Origin: Sandaracinaceae bacterium
GTDB taxonomy: Bacteria > Myxococcota_A > Polyangia > Polyangiales > Sandaracinaceae
NCBI GenBank assembly: GCA_044220955.1
Contig: JBGAQA010000137.1
Coordinates: 1-14,882, forward strand
Length of the DNA: 14,882 nt
Direction of reading: 5' to 3'
The translations under genes were made by a program, and so were the position numbers. The notes below the pieces were generated by a model. It made no database searches and was not told the DNA's origin. It saw only the letters and a list, made by a program, of their open reading frames with translations. Shown in pieces: positions 12,778-14,882 of this stretch; the first letter of the stretch is position 1, and each line of letters begins with the position of its first letter.

Positions 12778-14082
12778 ATGGACGAGACGGAGCTGACCCA
12801 GGCCTCGACGCCTCTCACCGGCGCGCTCTCGATCACCGTCGTCGACGGTCCGGATCGGGGCAAGACCGTCGTGGTCGACGACGAGGTCCTCGTCGGTACC
12901 TCGGAGGCGTGCGACCTGGTGCTCACGGATCCGACGGTGAGCCGCCGCCACGCGAGCTTCGCGCCCAGCGGCGCGGGCCTCCGCGTCCTCGATCGCGGCA
13001 GCAAGAACGGGATCGTCGCCGGCGGCCTCGTGGTCGTCGACGCCGAGGCGACCCCGGGGACCGAGCTGGCGCTCGGCAACACCCGCATCGTCGTCTCCGC
13101 CGCCGGCGTCACGGCGCGCAGCCGCCCGACGTCCGCGCGGGACTCCTTCGGCCGCTTCGTCGGATCGGCGCCGGCGCTCGCGCGCGTGTACACGCAGCTC
13201 GAGCGCGCCGCGCGCTCCGACGCGACGATCCTGCTCGAGGGCGAGTCCGGGACGGGCAAGGAGCTGCTGGCCGAGGCGATCCACGAACAGAGCCCGCGGC
13301 ACAAGAAGCCCTTCGTCATCGTCGACTGCGGGACCTTGAGCGAGACGCTCGTGGAGTCCGAGCTCTTCGGTCACGAGCGCGGCTCCTTCACGGGGGCCGA
13401 GCGACGGCACGTCGGCGCGTTCGAGCAAGCGCAGGGCGGGACGGTCTTCCTCGACGAGATCGGCGAGCTCCCGCTGGCGATGCAGACGCGCCTGCTGCGC
13501 GTGATCGAGCAGCGCGCGGTCCGCCGCGTGGGCGGGAGCGATCGGATCCCGATCGACGTGCGCATCGTCGCGGCGACGCACCGGAACCTCGAGCGCGAGG
13601 TCGACGAGGGTCGCTTCCGCCTCGACCTCTTCCACCGGCTCGCCGTCGTGCTGGTGCGCGTGCCCTCGCTCGCCGAGCGCCTCGCGGATCTGCCGAGGCT
13701 CGCGCGGCACTTCGCCGCGAGCCTCGGCAAGCCCGACGCGATCGACGCGGTCGCGCTCGAGCGGATGATGCGGCACCCGTGGCGCGGCAACGTGCGCGAG
13801 CTGCGGAACTGGGTGGAGCGGCTCGTCCTGCTGGGCGACGCCGCCACGGTCCCGGGGGCCAGCGGAGGCGGGGGCGGCGGCTCGGGCGCGCGGTTCGCCG
13901 CCGCCGCGGCCGCCGACGAGCCCTATCGGGTCGCGCGGGCCAAGGCGATCGAGGCGTTCACGGATCAGTACGTCGAGCAGATGCTGGCCCGACACGACGG
14001 GAACGTCTCGGCCGCGGCCCGGGCCGCCGGGATCGCGCGCCGGTACTTCCAGCGCCTCAAGGCGCCCCCGAAGGACGGGTGA
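12778..14082 (+). CDS. FHA-domain sigma54-dependent enhancer-binding protein (FHA, AAA+, Fis-type HTH)
   Basis: FHA: VGT...DLVLTDPTVSRRHA...GSKNG. AAA+: GESGTGKE, ESELFGHERGSFTGA, FLDEIGE, RFRLDLFHRL, WRGNVREL. HTH: GNVSAAARAAGIAR. Starts 3 nt after the kinase stop. Confidence 0.96.
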   Translation: MDETELTQASTPLTGALSITVVDGPDRGKTVVVDDEVLVGTSEACDLVLTDPTVSRRHASFAPSGAGLRVLDRGSKNGIVAGGLVVVDAEATPGTELALGNTRIVVSAAGVTARSRPTSARDSFGRFVGSAPALARVYTQLERAARSDATILLEGESGTGKELLAEAIHEQSPRHKKPFVIVDCGTLSETLVESELFGHERGSFTGAERRHVGAFEQAQGGTVFLDEIGELPLAMQTRLLRVIEQRAVRRVGGSDRIPIDVRIVAATHRNLEREVDEGRFRLDLFHRLAVVLVRVPSLAERLADLPRLARHFAASLGKPDAIDAVALERMMRHPWRGNVRELRNWVERLVLLGDAATVPGASGGGGGGSGARFAAAAAADEPYRVARAKAIEAFTDQYVEQMLARHDGNVSAAARAAGIARRYFQRLKAPPKDG

Positions 14083-14128
14083 GATGGAGCGGACGACTGC
14101 ACGGGCGCTCGGGGTAGGATGTCTGCCC

Positions 14129-14882
<754 letters not shown>

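Overview
Very GC-rich bacterial DNA. The gene content (Hanks-type Ser/Thr kinases, an FHA-sigma54 enhancer-binding protein, several Cys-rich lipoproteins with Asp-Ala-Gly linkers) suggests Myxococcota, probably Polyangiales/Sandaracinus-like (inference). The left part (1-5920) is an accessory mosaic: intact exported-protein genes and a Phd/YefM-VapC toxin-antitoxin pair lie among several apparent gene stubs (5'-truncated kinase, frameshifted minus-strand remnant, lipoprotein signal-peptide stub, LuxR-type N-terminal stub, start-less helical protein, histidine-kinase C-terminal stub). The middle holds a CapA/PGA_cap metallophosphoesterase fused through a Pro-rich linker to an OmpA-like domain, a secreted protein and an alpha/beta hydrolase. 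The best candidate for an undescribed system is at 9418-14082: a sigma54 -24/-12 promoter with a candidate upstream enhancer drives a lipoprotein made of five 6-Cys modules, followed by an operon of Cys-rich/Kazal-like lipoprotein, Ser/Thr kinase and FHA-sigma54 activator. Many genes have a -10-like hexamer 5-9 nt before the start codon, consistent with leaderless transcription. The window ends in a partial TPR-like gene and a probably artefactual poly-C tract. No tRNA, rRNA, CRISPR array or transposase was recognised. All family calls come from motif recognition by eye; no database searches were run.
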